From Octopus vulgaris (taxonomy: Eukaryota): a DNA stretch of 64,000 nucleotides. This document shows positions 1-64,000 of the stretch, one piece after another. Made by a program: the position numbers and the translations under genes. The notes below the pieces were generated by a model. That model was not told where the DNA came from. It ran no database searches and saw only the letters and a list, made by a program, of their open reading frames with translations. Numbering within the stretch: position 1 is the stretch's first letter; each line of letters opens with the position of its first letter. Location of the stretch: assembly GCA_951406725.2 (NCBI GenBank), contig OX597814.1, positions 94,302,001 to 94,366,000 on the forward strand. The letters are read 5' to 3'.

Positions 1-2
1 TC

Positions 3-98
3 ACCACCTTAAACAAGGAGACTGTCCAGAAGAGTTGCAGGAGATTCCGAAGTCGTCTGGAGGCCGTGGTTGAAATCAGTGGCGATTTTATTGAATGA
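3..98 (+). mobile_element. C-terminal end of a Tc1/mariner-superfamily transposase (truncated by window edge)
   Basis: Translates TTLNKETVQKSCRRFRSRLEAVVEISGDFIE*, resembling the typical ...FRSRLEAVV..GG.IE terminus of Tc1/mariner (maT/DD37D-like) transposases. Confidence 0.7.
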
Positions 99-212
99 AT
101 TTAATCTTTAGTATTTCAAGATATTTTATGTAATTTTGGTAAATATATCTTAAAATAAGAGTTAGTGTTATTTTCATTTTTGCGTAATTTAGATGAATTT
201 TTGCGTAATTAA

Positions 213-600
213 AAACTTTCATTCAATCAAGATACTCTTGGCTTGACGAGTAGCCTGCAATATACACCTCGCTTGAATATTTACCACTCCCGAGGTCCCA
301 CAACCTATGAAAAATATGTACCCCGGATCTTATCTTCTATATTCCTTAACTCTTGTGTACATGAAAGAATCGATCAGAATGCCACATTCTGATCGATTCT
401 TCCATGTGTTATCAAGTACCTCCTTGCGACGATGTAAACTTTCGTTCAGTCAAGATACTCTTGGACAGACGCGTAGTCTACGGTATACACCTCGATTGGA
501 TATATATACCACTTCCGATGTTCCGCTCGCTATGTAACGTATATATCCCGGAACTTATCTTCTCCATTCATTCCTTAAGTCTTCTATTCTTATTTGCATA
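213..600. repeat. Diverged two-copy tandem duplication, ~224 bp period
   Basis: aaactttcattcaatcaagatactcttgg...tatacacctcg...taccact at ~213 recurs as aaactttcgttcagtcaagatactcttgg...tatacacctcg...taccact at ~437. Confidence 0.75.
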
Positions 601-796
601 CCCGACAACCCTGGTCGCATACCGTGAAATATAAAAAGAACTTTTTCAGTTTATCATACTTCGATATGAAAATAGTCCACAAACATCCGTCTCACTAAAC
701 CAATATTGTCCCTAAATGTTGTTTTTAATATTTACTACGGTTTGCTTCAAGCTAACTTTCTTCTTACACCTCGATCCTTCGATTTTATATTTATAA

Positions 797-799
<3 letters not shown>

Positions 800-839
<40 letters not shown>

Positions 840-878
840 TGTGTGTGTGGTGTATATGTATGTATATGTGTATATATA

Positions 879-924
<46 letters not shown>

Positions 925-973
925 TATATATGTATATATATATGTATATGTACATATATATATATGTAGATGT

Positions 974-1005
<32 letters not shown>

Positions 1006-1035
1006 ATATATAGAGAGAGACAGACAGACAGAGTG

Positions 1036-1100
<65 letters not shown>
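800..1100. repeat. Compound microsatellite (TG)n-(TA)n-(GATA)n
   Basis: Directly visible. Representative of dozens of such tracts in the window. Confidence 0.95.
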
Positions 1101-1684
1101 TAATATTGTAATTTAAGCCCTTGCGATTTTCATGTTCTATTTTAATTTATTTCTCCCTCAATGTATTTTATCTCGCTTAATGCCCTCTACAGTCAAATTC
1201 CTTAATTATTATTCAAACAGCTTAAACATCGCATGCTTAAAATCACAAAATTTTAGGTAAGCGATATCTGAGATGCAACGATATCAGCATAATTACAAGT
1301 TTAAATTCTTGATCTAGCAACGGTTTCTTATTCAATCCATTAACAAAATTCATTAATAGCTCTGTCAAATACTACATCATTTTTGTATCACATGCTGCAA
1401 ATTGCAATTTGTTTTATAATCTCTTTCATTTCTGCATTTTAAGACAACCGATGCAAAATATCTCATTAAAAGATCAAATTAATCTTTCTAGGTATCACCT
1501 TTAGGATGAACCTATTGCGCATTGCTAAACACTGAATTATAAATGCTTCATGAAACATACATTGGATTTTTAATAAACCAAAATCTCATTTGTCTAACAT
1601 ACGGTCGTTATATTCGCATGGACCAATGGTTTCAGATTTGAAAAATAAGAATGTATAATCACGGAACATATACTGGATTGCTTC

Positions 1685-1740
<56 letters not shown>

Positions 1741-2058
1741 CATCTAAAGTCTACCTCCTGAAAAAGACTTCGCCTAGCAAATTATTTTATTTTCTAAAAA
1801 ATGTCAGAAACCATTGGTCCAGGAATTAAATGGTAAATGTTTTATTTTTCATTCCCTTCGAAATTTTATCCCTAATAGTGCTTTGGAATTCAAGTGTTCT
1901 CTCTTGCGTGCAGGGAGTCCTATGATGGATGCTTCTTATGTGTTTAAATGTACACTGTATTTATATGAATAATATATAGTCTGTTGACTAAATTTTTACA
2001 CGCTTGGCCACTAGTAATGGAAATTTCTAATATTTCTGATTACCCTTTGATATTTTCA

Positions 2059-2108
<50 letters not shown>

Positions 2109-2154
2109 GAAGAAATAAGTGATATAGATATCCACTTTATACAGCTCAACCGAA

Positions 2155-2481
2155 TATCACATAGGCAGTACTATTGACTTTAAAAGTAGAAACAGAGCGC
2201 ATAATAAATTCGTTCATTAACCACGAAATAAAAAAACTCAACTACACTAGCAGCCTACATCAATAGATAAAATGAACAACAAAGAATTCAATATGAATTG
2301 GTCTATAATAAGGGAAGCCACACCATATAAAACACACACGAAGAATTGTGATTTATGCACGAAGGAGGCGATCCACATAATCCGAGCCAACAAAAATTGT
2401 TTACTCAATAAAATATCTGACGTTATAATTACCTGTAGACACAAATATCTTTCAACGTTTAAAGCTTTCAAAAATAATTAA
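2155..2481 (+). mobile_element. Penelope-like element GIY-YIG endonuclease C-terminal remnant
   Basis: HIGST...FKSR..AH...STTLA followed by WSII..A.PY....CDLC.KE..HII.....LLNK.SD....CRHK, the Cys/His-containing tail seen in PLE-type GIY-YIG domains. Frame disrupted. Confidence 0.7.
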
Positions 2482-2487
2482 ACTACA

Positions 2488-2905
2488 GGCGCAGGAGTGG
2501 CTGTGTGATACGTAGCATGCTTACCAACTACATGGTTCCGGTTTCAGTTCCACTGTGTGGCACCTTGGGCAAGAGTCTTCTACTATAGCCTCGGGCCGAT
2601 CAAAGATTTGTGAGTGGATTTGGTAGACGGAAACTGAAAGAAGCCCGTCGCATATATGTATGTATATATATATATATATGTATGTGTGTGTCAGTTTGTG
2701 TGTCTGTGTTTGTCACCCGTCAACATCGCTTGACAACGGATGGTGGTGTCTTTACGTCCCCGTAAACTAGCGGTTCGGCAAAAAGAGACCGATAGAATAA
2801 GTAATAGGCTTACAAAGAATAAGTCCTGGGGTCGATTTGCTCGACTAAAGGCGGTGCTCCAGCATGGCCACAGTCAAATGACTGAAATAAGTAAAAGAGT
2901 AAAAG
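2488..2905 (+). mobile_element. tRNA-derived SINE, family A
   Basis: Head ggcgcaggagtggctgtgtg...ggttccggtttcagttccac (A/B-box-like), internal TA/TG tract and conserved tail ...gactgaaataagtaaaaga. Near-identical copies at 44102 and 45017; degenerate or partial copies at 43081, 55335 and on the minus strand at ~3190, ~10265, ~41490 and ~57355. Confidence 0.85.
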
Positions 2906-3148
2906 CGTATAGGATTCTAATTTAGCCATATTTCATATGGATTCTTCTAAAACTTTATGCTTTGTATATAGCACAATTATATATTGTGTCCTAATACATT
3001 TTAACTGCATATGCCCGAAGAGAATAGTCCAATCAAACATTCGATTTTTATTATATTATTTAACCCACCGTTTCTTTTAAAATTTTGCCTTGTGATTCTA
3101 TTAATATAGAACAATGCTATAGTTGGATTTAGCTCACAAACATACACA

Positions 3149-3191
<43 letters not shown>

Positions 3192-3424
3192 GACGGACTT
3201 CTTTCAGTTTCTGTTTACCAAATTCACTCTCAAGGCTTTGGTCGGCCCGAGGTTATAGTACATGACATTTGCCCAATGTGCCACGCAGTGGGATTGAAAC
3301 CGGAACCATGTGTTTGAGAAGCAAGCTTCTTACAACACAGACACGCCTGCGCCTATATATAAAATTTTAAATAACGATTTGCTGATATTTCCCCGATGAT
3401 GCTTACGTAACACTGAATTCAAAA

Positions 3425-3465
<41 letters not shown>

Positions 3466-3625
3466 GAGAATTATTGGTACCCGAAGACCCAAATTGGCAG
3501 GTAACGCTAGGTAAGTGCTACGGGAGGACCGTATTTAGACTCTCGGATCGATAATAATACGAGTGAGTATGTATATGTTAAATAAAATGAGACAACAAAG
3601 CCAGAACTGTGTGGAATTTATAGGA

Positions 3626-3677
3626 CAGTCGTACAGCTGTTTCTGAGATAGTAGGAATATCCCTTCATCAGAGACAA
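3626..3677 (-). ncRNA. Minimal hammerhead-ribozyme-like motif (Penelope-type)
   Basis: Minus strand: UUGUCU CUGAUGA AGGGAUA-uuccuac-UAUCUCA GAA ACAGCUGU A CGAC. Core CUGAUGA/GAAA, stem II, palindromic stem III and GUA cleavage triplet. Stem I is imperfect. Confidence 0.6.
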
Positions 3678-4833
3678 TATGAGAGAGTTAGCAAGAGGGA
3701 AATAGTAGAGTTCAACATAAGGAGTTATTTTGGAAAAGGACGGATATAGGAAGTATAAAGGGAAATAAGAGAATAAAAATAAAATTAAAATATATTTCGC
3801 ATGTTATAGTTGCAATTCCATTATCTAAAGAAGGTGCTGTGTAGAATGGATAGACATATTTCTTGTTAATGTTATGTAGATTCCAATAGGAGTTCAGATT
3901 TTGTTGTTACAAATGGATAGTGTGGAGACATAAATTCCATGCGCTGTTCCTTCAAAGGAGTCTTGTGGTGTAAATGAAATTTTGAGAACGTACTAGTAGC
4001 GGTAAGTAGAGGTTTGTTTAATCATATTTGTTCAATCATAATTGGGGAAAATCTTTAGTCGGCACAATCGACTCTTCATTATTTGATTGATACTTTGTGA
4101 ACAGGCGAAAGTAAAGTTTACTTTTGTGCTATTTCAACCCCGAGCGCTAAGAACCGGGTTAAGGTGAGATACTGCAGGGCGTTTTCAAATGTTTATTATA
4201 CCAATCGAATATCCTAACGAATGAAATATTAACCTAAAAGTGTATATCAGATGAGTTGCTGAAATAATCATTCCTTTTAAATCACCCTTCATAGAAAATT
4301 GCTTCAATAAATTTAGCGATTAAGCTGTGTAACGCGACTTTTCTCCGAGGGTAGTAACTGTAATTTCTTATTTGCTTACTCCCAGGGAGTATTAAAAAAA
4401 TGGTTAATATTTCCTTCAAACTTTGGTTTTGCTACATTTATTCAAACCCCAAAGTCTCCCTCTCAGCACATGACCATGGTGCTTCCAAACCGCTCCTGCT
4501 CGTGATCAGAGATGTACATACTGTAAGCCACTAGGGGACATCCTAAAGTAATTAAATTCAAGCAACTGACAAGCAAATCTGTGGTAGTGAGTGAAATATT
4601 TGCTATATCGATATTTCTCCTTCAGCAACTCACCTCTGAATCTATCTGAAGTGTAATGGAAAATAAATCAGTTTAAAAACTTTGATTTCCAGGTCACAAA
4701 TAATAGTAATTATTTCCCTTGATTTCTAGATAGAATCAAGAAGGAAATAATACTTGTTGACAAAGAAAAAATTAAAACTTTGCTACACAATGTAGGCCGG
4801 ATCCTATTTAGTCCGTTCTTCAAACTCTTGTAT

Positions 4834-4865
<32 letters not shown>

Positions 4866-4949
4866 GCACACACATACACACGCGTAAGCACATGAATGGA
4901 AAACAAGGTAGAAAAAATAGTACTCGGATACCGATGGCAGTGCTTTTTT

Positions 4950-5085
4950 ATCAAAGCTGCAAAAGCACCACAAAATCTGTTACTCAGAGTTTCATGTTCC
5001 CGTTCAGCGGACAGATGTGATCAACACGGCCTTGATCACAACAGTCCGACGAGTGAGAATGTGAAACTCTGAGTAACAGCTTTTT
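4950..5085. repeat. Inverted repeat of a dispersed (Penelope-type) repeat; second copy at 57890-58075
   Basis: tgttactcagagtttca ... tgaaactctgagtaaca arms. The same arms and the same upstream sequence (aagcacatgaat...gaaaaaatagtactcg) occur at 57820-58075. Confidence 0.7.
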
Positions 5086-6508
5086 TTATGTTCTTGCAGA
5101 CACACATACATACAACAGATGACTATCCTGAAAACGTTAAACTTCCACTTGCTGTAAATCCACTTATCCACTTTTAAACATTTTGTACTCTTGTTTTTTT
5201 TTTTTCTCTCAGCCGATCACAATATTCTGAAGAACGCACTGTGCACTGTAGTCGCTTTTCTCTTTTTAAGCGGAAACGAAATCTCTGAAAGTTGAAAAAT
5301 AAGATGGCTTCAGCGATTATTATGAAATAAATGAGTCATATTTTCGATATTTGTTGTGCTTCGGTTGTTCTTAATCTGTACGGAAGCACCACCCCTAATC
5401 TGGGAGTTGTGAGCTCACAAGAAAGAGGCAAATGTAAAGATGAGGCTATTTTAGAGAGTTGGTGATTTTGTTTTTAATCAATATACTTTATCTAAAAAGT
5501 ATGTCAAAAGTTTCTTTGTCGGAGTCCCAATATCAATTATACAGTGTGTTATCGGTGATTAGAAACATGATTGAAGTAAAGTGAAAGACCAATATATTAT
5601 CATAAAAGTATAACTGCTTATCTTTTTTTATTTTTTAGTAACTTTCATAACAGTTTAACATTGGAGTACTTAGTCTTTGCAAATATCTAAAAGATACATA
5701 CTGGATGAATAGTATTAGAAAATATAGATAAATGTATCAGTACACGAAGATTAGTTTCCCTCTGATAAAAATAACCTGCGTCTTTTTTTTTCTTCTTCAT
5801 TGAGTTGCATATTTTATTTATTTCATTCACTTTTGCAAAACATGACGAAGTTGTTTGTGAATACCTATTCGGTGAAAGGGTGAGATAAAATACAAACAAT
5901 TGTGAAATACTGCTATTGTGAGATTAGAATATATGTTGCATTGATCACCAGTTCGTTGATTCCGATTAAATTAGGCTTAACGACCACCACTTCTTGGAAT
6001 ACGATAGATCGACAAATAGACATAGTCTGTAAAAATACTATCAGATCCATATTCATATAGTAGTATTATTATTCGTATTTTTGCCTCATTGAAAACTGGA
6101 TCATGGCGGAATTCTTGTAAATATATCAATAATTCTCTACAGATATCCATTTAAGTATCTTTGCTTCGTGTTATGCAAGAATGCAGGAAAAAAAGTGTAA
6201 ATGAGATGTCTAAGCAAACCATTAATTTCTGTTCTAAAGTAATTACTCGTTAATGCAAAGCTGTAGTGATTACATTAAAAGCAATCATAAATTTTTACGA
6301 TGCTTCTTTTTGAAATGGAAATATAGCAGCCAGCAATTGCATTAAAATCTTCTATACGATAATGTATTAAGCTGCAATATAATTAATTGTTCCCCACGCT
6401 GACGTTGTTGTCAGAGTTGAAAGAACGCAAAAACAAAAGAGTAAAAAGTCAGTCAGAAGATTAATTTTTCTTGTGTGTGTGTGTGTGTATGTGTGTGTAT
6501 GTGTGTGT

Positions 6509-6553
<45 letters not shown>

Positions 6554-7056
6554 TGTGCGTGTTGGTTTCTGCCGAGAAGATTCAAGGATCAAAGTTTCAT
6601 TTTACGTAAATAGAAAGTAAATGCTATAAATTAGCGATTTCCTTGTGTAGGGCCACTCACGTTATTTCATGCATGATTTAAGTAATTTTGTTTAGCATTC
6701 AGCCTTTTGGCACAAACTCAATATTTAGATTACGTTATTACAAAGATTATCCCTATTTTAGTGATGTCTGATATTCTGAGTGGAACTTCAGTGAAGAATC
6801 TTGCGTTTATGAACTTGGGTTTGTGAACAGAAAATACATTTGTTTCAAATGGCTCCAATTAATCCTTACGCAAGTCTAAAGTTGGAGCCTTCTTACACTA
6901 CCGTCAAGCGGATCAGCGATTAATCTCACACATAGGAAGACGTTAGTCTACTACAGTCACCTTTGCCACGGAAAATTTCAAGTCAACTCAGCATACCAGT
7001 AAAGTGTAGAAGTCGGTAGATTAATATGGTACTGATTTGTCTTCACATTACGTTAA

Positions 7057-7135
<79 letters not shown>

Positions 7136-9819
7136 ATCTTTGTCTGTTTGTGTTGGTGATGGATGCTATTACTTTTAAGAGAAGGTATGAAATTCTATGT
7201 GTTCCGATTATTGTCGACCATTCAGTATTATTTGCGCAGCCCATTCCATTAATCCTTCATAAATTCATATTAAACGTACATAAGATATGATTCAATATTT
7301 ATATTACGTTGATAACAGCACTATACAATGTTCAGATGTCTGAATCGTTTTTCTTTTCCTTTTTTATCTTTTCTTTTGCGAAATAATTCTTCTACTCAGA
7401 AAAATAACTACAGAATAGATTTTTGCTCAAAGTTCAAGAGAATCCGGTAATTATATTACAATAATGGATTAAGCATATTTCCATAAAAGTGAATTTTTGC
7501 ATTGAAGCATCCTACATAGTATGTTATTGCTGATGCAACCACTAATCACAACCAGCGCGAGATTTCTGCTTTAGATTTACATAAGCGATGGCTTGAATGT
7601 GTTACTGAAACAATCTTTTTCACTTACAATGTCAATTCTATTTGGGAATCTCGTAAATTCAGATTTTCCTTTCCACTAACATATTGGACTTTTGCATGAG
7701 TATTTTCAAGTAGATATCATACATTATACATGTTAACCCATTACTATATTTGTTGTAGTTAACTTCAACAGAAGCTACATCGGATGATGGAATGAAAAAG
7801 ACGGTAACATATTCATCAACGTTCGTTTAGATCAAGGTCAGCTTTATTTTCCAAACTTCCAAAATTTGAAAACTAATAAGTAAAATACTAGAATTCATGA
7901 ACATAATTTTATCTAGTCCTAAATATTGTCGTTACCACCACTACAGCTGCAGCAGTTCCTGTATCTCGTCTTTTTATAGATTCCAGTAAATTCTGGAATT
8001 TTATTCATCCTTAGACACTGGTTTCAAATGTTGGCACAAGACCAGCAATTGTAGGTGTAGGGGTAAGTCGATCACACCGACCCCAGTATTCAACTGGTAC
8101 TTATTCTATCAACCCTGAAAGGGATGAAAGGCAAAGTCGCTCTCGGCGGAATTTTAATTCAGAATGTAAAGACGGACGAAATGTCATCTTCCTTGATGTA
8201 ATCAAATGTCTATCCGCTCCAGCAAAATGTTTTAGACCTTGTCTCAGATGTTGTCATCAATAATGATGAAAATGATGATGATCATGATCATGATGATGGT
8301 GATGATGATGACTGACAAATTTTCTATAGCTTCAACTCGCACCCTGAATGCGTTCGCGCATGCACATGTATGTTGCAAGCACTAACGCACTCACACACCT
8401 GCACACACATGCATACATATACGTACGCATACCTATACAACCAATGACATATCCACACCCACTCATTTATCCATCTCGTATATACACATGTTGTATATAC
8501 ACAAGATAGTGATCCATCATTGTCGCAGTCTAATGACTGAAACAAGTAAAAGTTAAAGGCATATATACGTGCATATACATATACGCATACACACACACCT
8601 CACTTCTGCCACACCCAGACACCTAGGGGCCACTAGCTTCCTGTCCAGCCACACGGTCAAAGAACTTCCCCTTTCTAAAGGAAGTGATGTAACTGAGCAA
8701 CTGATATTCTTTGATAACACCATGTTACCCTCTTTGGCCAATATTACCCTATCTTCCGGTAGCCATGTTGAACTTCCTGTACCTCTCCTTACGGAAATCC
8801 AAAGCCTGAAAGAGACGAGTTTATGTTAGAGACCTGCGGAACTTTAAGTCACATGGAACCGTTTCAAATTCTTTTTGATAATAAATAATCTCTGTGTGTG
8901 TGTGTGTGTTGATGGATTATAGTAAACGTACAATGCCCGAAACACTTTCGTTGTTTCCAATACTGGTGCGAAGGAGATCGAAAATATCTAAACCTGAAGC
9001 GTGATTCAAATGTTTAAAATACAGGCAGCACTTCTTAAGGGAAGGGAACACTAAGCCGGATTTTGATGCTAAACAGTGTAATAAATTGCGTCTGACACAC
9101 AAGAGCAGGTGCTGTTCATTCGGTGGGCTTTCTCATATTTTCTATCAATAAACAAAATATACTTGTCCAGACTGTCACGCAGTACGATCGAAGCTGATGC
9201 CATGAAATCGCGAAGACAGTTTCTTAAGGACACAGCTACCGTCCTTTAACATTCTGAATTTAAATTCCACCGAGGCCAACTTTCTATGATTGATCAAGTA
9301 AATCACCACTTAAGAACTAAGGTTTATTTAACTTATTGTACTCTATCAAATAATGTTTCCAATTTAATAATTATTTGCGTTCGATACAGCCTCATACAGT
9401 GGCTTACAGTTTATTAGGAGCCTTATAATTTTTTCCCTCCAGTAAATGTCTCTCCTATAAATGTGTAGCTTTTATTAATATAAGAAAGTATTAATACGTT
9501 TGTTGTTGTTTAACCCCAAAATAGCCCAGAGCCAGCAGACATATGATAAAAATTGTTGCAGGCGTGAACATCTCGTCTGTATAACTGATACCTAGGACTA
9601 CATTATCCAATTTGTCATCTGTCTTTTACTTGTTTCATTCATTGGACTGCGGCCATGTTGGGGCACCACGTTGAAGAGTTTCGTCGAACATATCGAAGTC
9701 AGCACTTAGTTATTTTAAGTCTATCAGTTTCTTTAACTGAGCTGCAAAGTTACGGAGACGTACGCAAACCACCACCGGTTTTCAAGTAGCGGCCGTGCAC
9801 AAAGGAACACAGATACGTA

Positions 9820-9907
9820 GGCTCGTAGAACGAACTTAATTCATGAGACATCTGGAGACAGAGCTCTAGGTCCAGATGTCTGACTGGCTAGATTCGTTCT
9901 ACGAACC
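9820..9907. mobile_element. 88 bp fold-back MITE-like insertion flanked by TA
   Basis: Outer arms ggctcgtagaacgaa / ttcgttctacgaacc, inner arms agacatctgga / tccagatgtct, TA on both sides. Confidence 0.6.
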
Positions 9908-10027
9908 TAAGAATCTTTAAGCTGCATGAAGCAGAATGAAATTGTTATTAAATGATATATGTTACTCTTCCTAAATGTGCTGAGTGCCACTTTCTTTCGT
10001 TTGCCTGCTCACTCGTGTATACACACA

Positions 10028-10084
<57 letters not shown>

Positions 10085-12730
10085 TACGTTCTGAGTTCAA
10101 ATTCCCCCGAGGTCGACTTTGCCTTTCATCCTCTTGGGGTTGATAAATAAAGTACCAGTTTCGCACTGGGTCGATGTAATTGAGTTAATCCTTTTGTCTG
10201 TCCTTGTTTGTCCCCTCTATGTTTAGCCTCTTGTGGGTAGTAAATAAATATATATATATATTCTACGATGGGCTTTCTTTCAGTTTCTGTCCACTCACCC
10301 AAGAGCTTCGGTTGGCCCGGGGCCATAATAGGCAGTGACTCGCAATGGGACTGAAGCCGAAACCATGTAGTTGAAAAGCAAACTTCGTACCACACAACCA
10401 TGGACCATAATAATACACTCTCTTTTCCAAACGGTATGGTATAATTTCAAAATGATTCAGAAGTTGGATAAAACAAACCTATTGCTTTTATTGAAGAGTC
10501 TAAAATAAGTCCCAGCACTTTGAGCCAGACAATATATACAGTTGACGTAGCATTACCGTTGCATTATTGTATGAAGAATAAAAGCATAATTCTCAAGCAG
10601 CCCAGTTCACTTATCAATAAAAAATATCTATCCTATATTATTGTATGACTGATAAAAATATAAATCTCAATAGCTTAGTTTACTTATCTTTTAATAAAAA
10701 AGATATATATATTCTGTAAATACACATCACTATTGTAAATGACTGTATCTTGCATCGGTAGAGACTAAGGAAAGATTCAGTATTGCTATGAACCTAATAA
10801 TACACATCATATTAAAGTGTAAATCACTGAGTATTCTCCCCAAACGTATATCCTTAACGTTGCAGCAGGCACTAGATTATATGGTGCGAGATGATGATAG
10901 ATCTTCTCACAGTAGATACGGCACATATTATTTTAGATACAGCACATCTCATTAATGCAGTGCTCGACGGGGATTTTGCTAACAAGAAAAATATCAAAAC
11001 AGCATACTAAAACACTTGTTTGCGCGTTGAGAATAAGCTTGAGACATCCTGACTAAGAACCGAAATTCTTAACATTGTAAATGAGAAATTAAGGCGATGA
11101 GCTGGTAGAATCATTAGCGCTCCGGACGAAGTACTTAGTAGCGTTTCCTCCGGCTCTTTCGTTGTGATTTCAAATTCCGCCGAGGTTGACTTTTCTGTTC
11201 ATTCTTTCGGGTCGATAATGTAAATACCAACGTAGCACTGTTACACTTCCCTCAAAATTCCTTGTCTTGAGTCAAAATTAGAAAGACGTATATACAAAGG
11301 GAACTTATAATTAATGAATACTCTATGTACGCAGTACTAAGACAAGTTCTCTTAGAATTTTGATTTCAGAAACTAACTTCTCAACTCTCGTTCTCAAATC
11401 AAAATTTGCAATTCAGTCCTGACATAAAATTTGGAACCAGGCTCTGCGTCTAATATATAACAATGTTTTCTATGAAACTTCTTATACATTCATTGATGTT
11501 TGCAATACACGAACCAATCATTTTTTACTAACGTCCTCTCTGTACATACAATCGAGCGAAATAGTATTGATCTGATGATTTATCTTAGTCGAATAAATCG
11601 ACCACAGTACTTATATTTTAGGTTTGGTACTTATCCTATTGTATTCTTTTTTGTCGGACCTTTAAGTTACAAAACGTAAACAAACCAATACCGGTTGCCA
11701 AGTTTTCTTCATATATATATATATATATATATATACAGCTGGATATTTACAGTTAACATCTACAGGAATATGAAATTAAAAGAAACACTGAGTGAAATAA
11801 GAAGGAATAAATTTATTTTAATATTATGAAATTGATTTAAAAGAGGAATCCCTAATAAAATAAAATCTCAAAATATAGACCTGACTTTTTGATTTGTTTT
11901 GTTTATCTTTTTGGAAAAATTATCAAAAGCACAAGTCCTATTAATTAGTGCATAAGTCAATCAATTAGTAGATGTCTGGCAAGTGCACATAAATACAATT
12001 AACTTTCTTAAAATTTTTTTTTTTATTTAATAACAGAGCAACAAAATCAATCAATGAAGGAAAAAGTTAAAGAAAATTACTTATAATTATCATTCATAAT
12101 GTAACCACAATGATAACGGTGCTTGAAAATTTGTGTAAAAAAATACGTACCCTCTGGGGGTTTAATGAGTGCTTCCATGCGTAAAATCTTTACATAAAAT
12201 ACATATAAATTACACTGGGATGATGAAAAAAGGGGATAACTTCTTGAATTTATTTTTTTTCTTACTTTTTAGAGAACAATGTCATTATTATTATTTATTA
12301 AAATAAATTGTATTAGAAAATTCTATTTGCACAACCATTAGTTTTCTTTATCTTACCGGTGCTATATGAATTGTCTTAGTTTAGCATTTGAGGGTCAAAC
12401 CTGCGTAAATAGTTAAGCAATTCATATTCTCTAACCTATATATCAACCGAACTGCATCTTTCACAATGATTCTTTGAGAAGAAAGTGAAATGAATTGATG
12501 AAAAATATTTTTATTTTTGTGAGTGTGTGTGTATGTGGCTGTATGTTTCTCAACAGATTTCAATAGCAGAGATTAGAAATTCTCAGAGACAAATTGACAG
12601 ACGGACAGACAGAGAAGGGTAAGAGAAAATTTGTAGAGAGAAGGAAAGGAAATGATACATTAGTACCACAAGCAAATTATGTGATGCGATAGAAGAGATG
12701 AAAAAGAGAAGAAAAACGTCTGAATGTGAT

Positions 12731-63668
<50,938 letters not shown>

Positions 63669-63693
63669 TTTAAATCTGTTGAAAAAACAAAAG

Positions 63694-63762
<69 letters not shown>

Positions 63763-64000
63763 GTGTGTATGTATGTATGTATGTATGTATGTATTGTGTG
63801 TATTTGTGTGTGTGTGTATGTGTGTGTGTGTGATATGTGTGTGTGTGTGATATGTGTGTGTGTTTGACAGATATACGTTCATATATACATATATGCAAAC
63901 AAGCAATGTATCGAAATAAATATACTCTCTATTTCGTCGGTACACTATCCTCTTTCTAGAAGACAGACGTTCATAATATATGAGGATGTATATGTATATG

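Noticed and set aside
2488-2560. tRNA gene
   Set aside because: The A/B-box-like head continues into a multi-copy SINE body and no full cloverleaf is evident. The same applies to the other SINE heads.
12510-12515. AATAAA (minus strand) as the GH114 polyadenylation signal
   Set aside because: Several equivalent hexamers occur in this AT-rich region and cannot be distinguished without 3'-end data.

Overview
AT-rich, microsatellite- and retroelement-dense eukaryotic DNA. The SINE families and repeat landscape suggest an octopus/cephalopod genome (inference). Most ORF-track entries are microsatellite translations. One host gene can be assembled by eye: a minus-strand gene with four coding exons (63668-63463, 54412-54117, 48789-48641, 12874-12731). 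All introns are GT-AG, the phases match, and the 795 nt CDS gives 264 aa. It encodes a probably secreted glycoside hydrolase family 114 (endo-alpha-1,4-galactosaminidase-like) enzyme with both catalytic acids present, a family known mainly from bacteria and fungi. Its introns (9.05, 5.33 and 35.8 kb) contain RTE, Dong/R4, CR1-like, Penelope-like, hAT, pogo and mariner remnants and many tRNA-derived SINEs. Other notable structures are an 18S rRNA-SINE chimeric retrocopy with a target-site duplication, several hammerhead-ribozyme motifs in palindromic Penelope-type repeats, and a near-identical 4 x ~1.38 kb tandem amplification of an RTE fragment.
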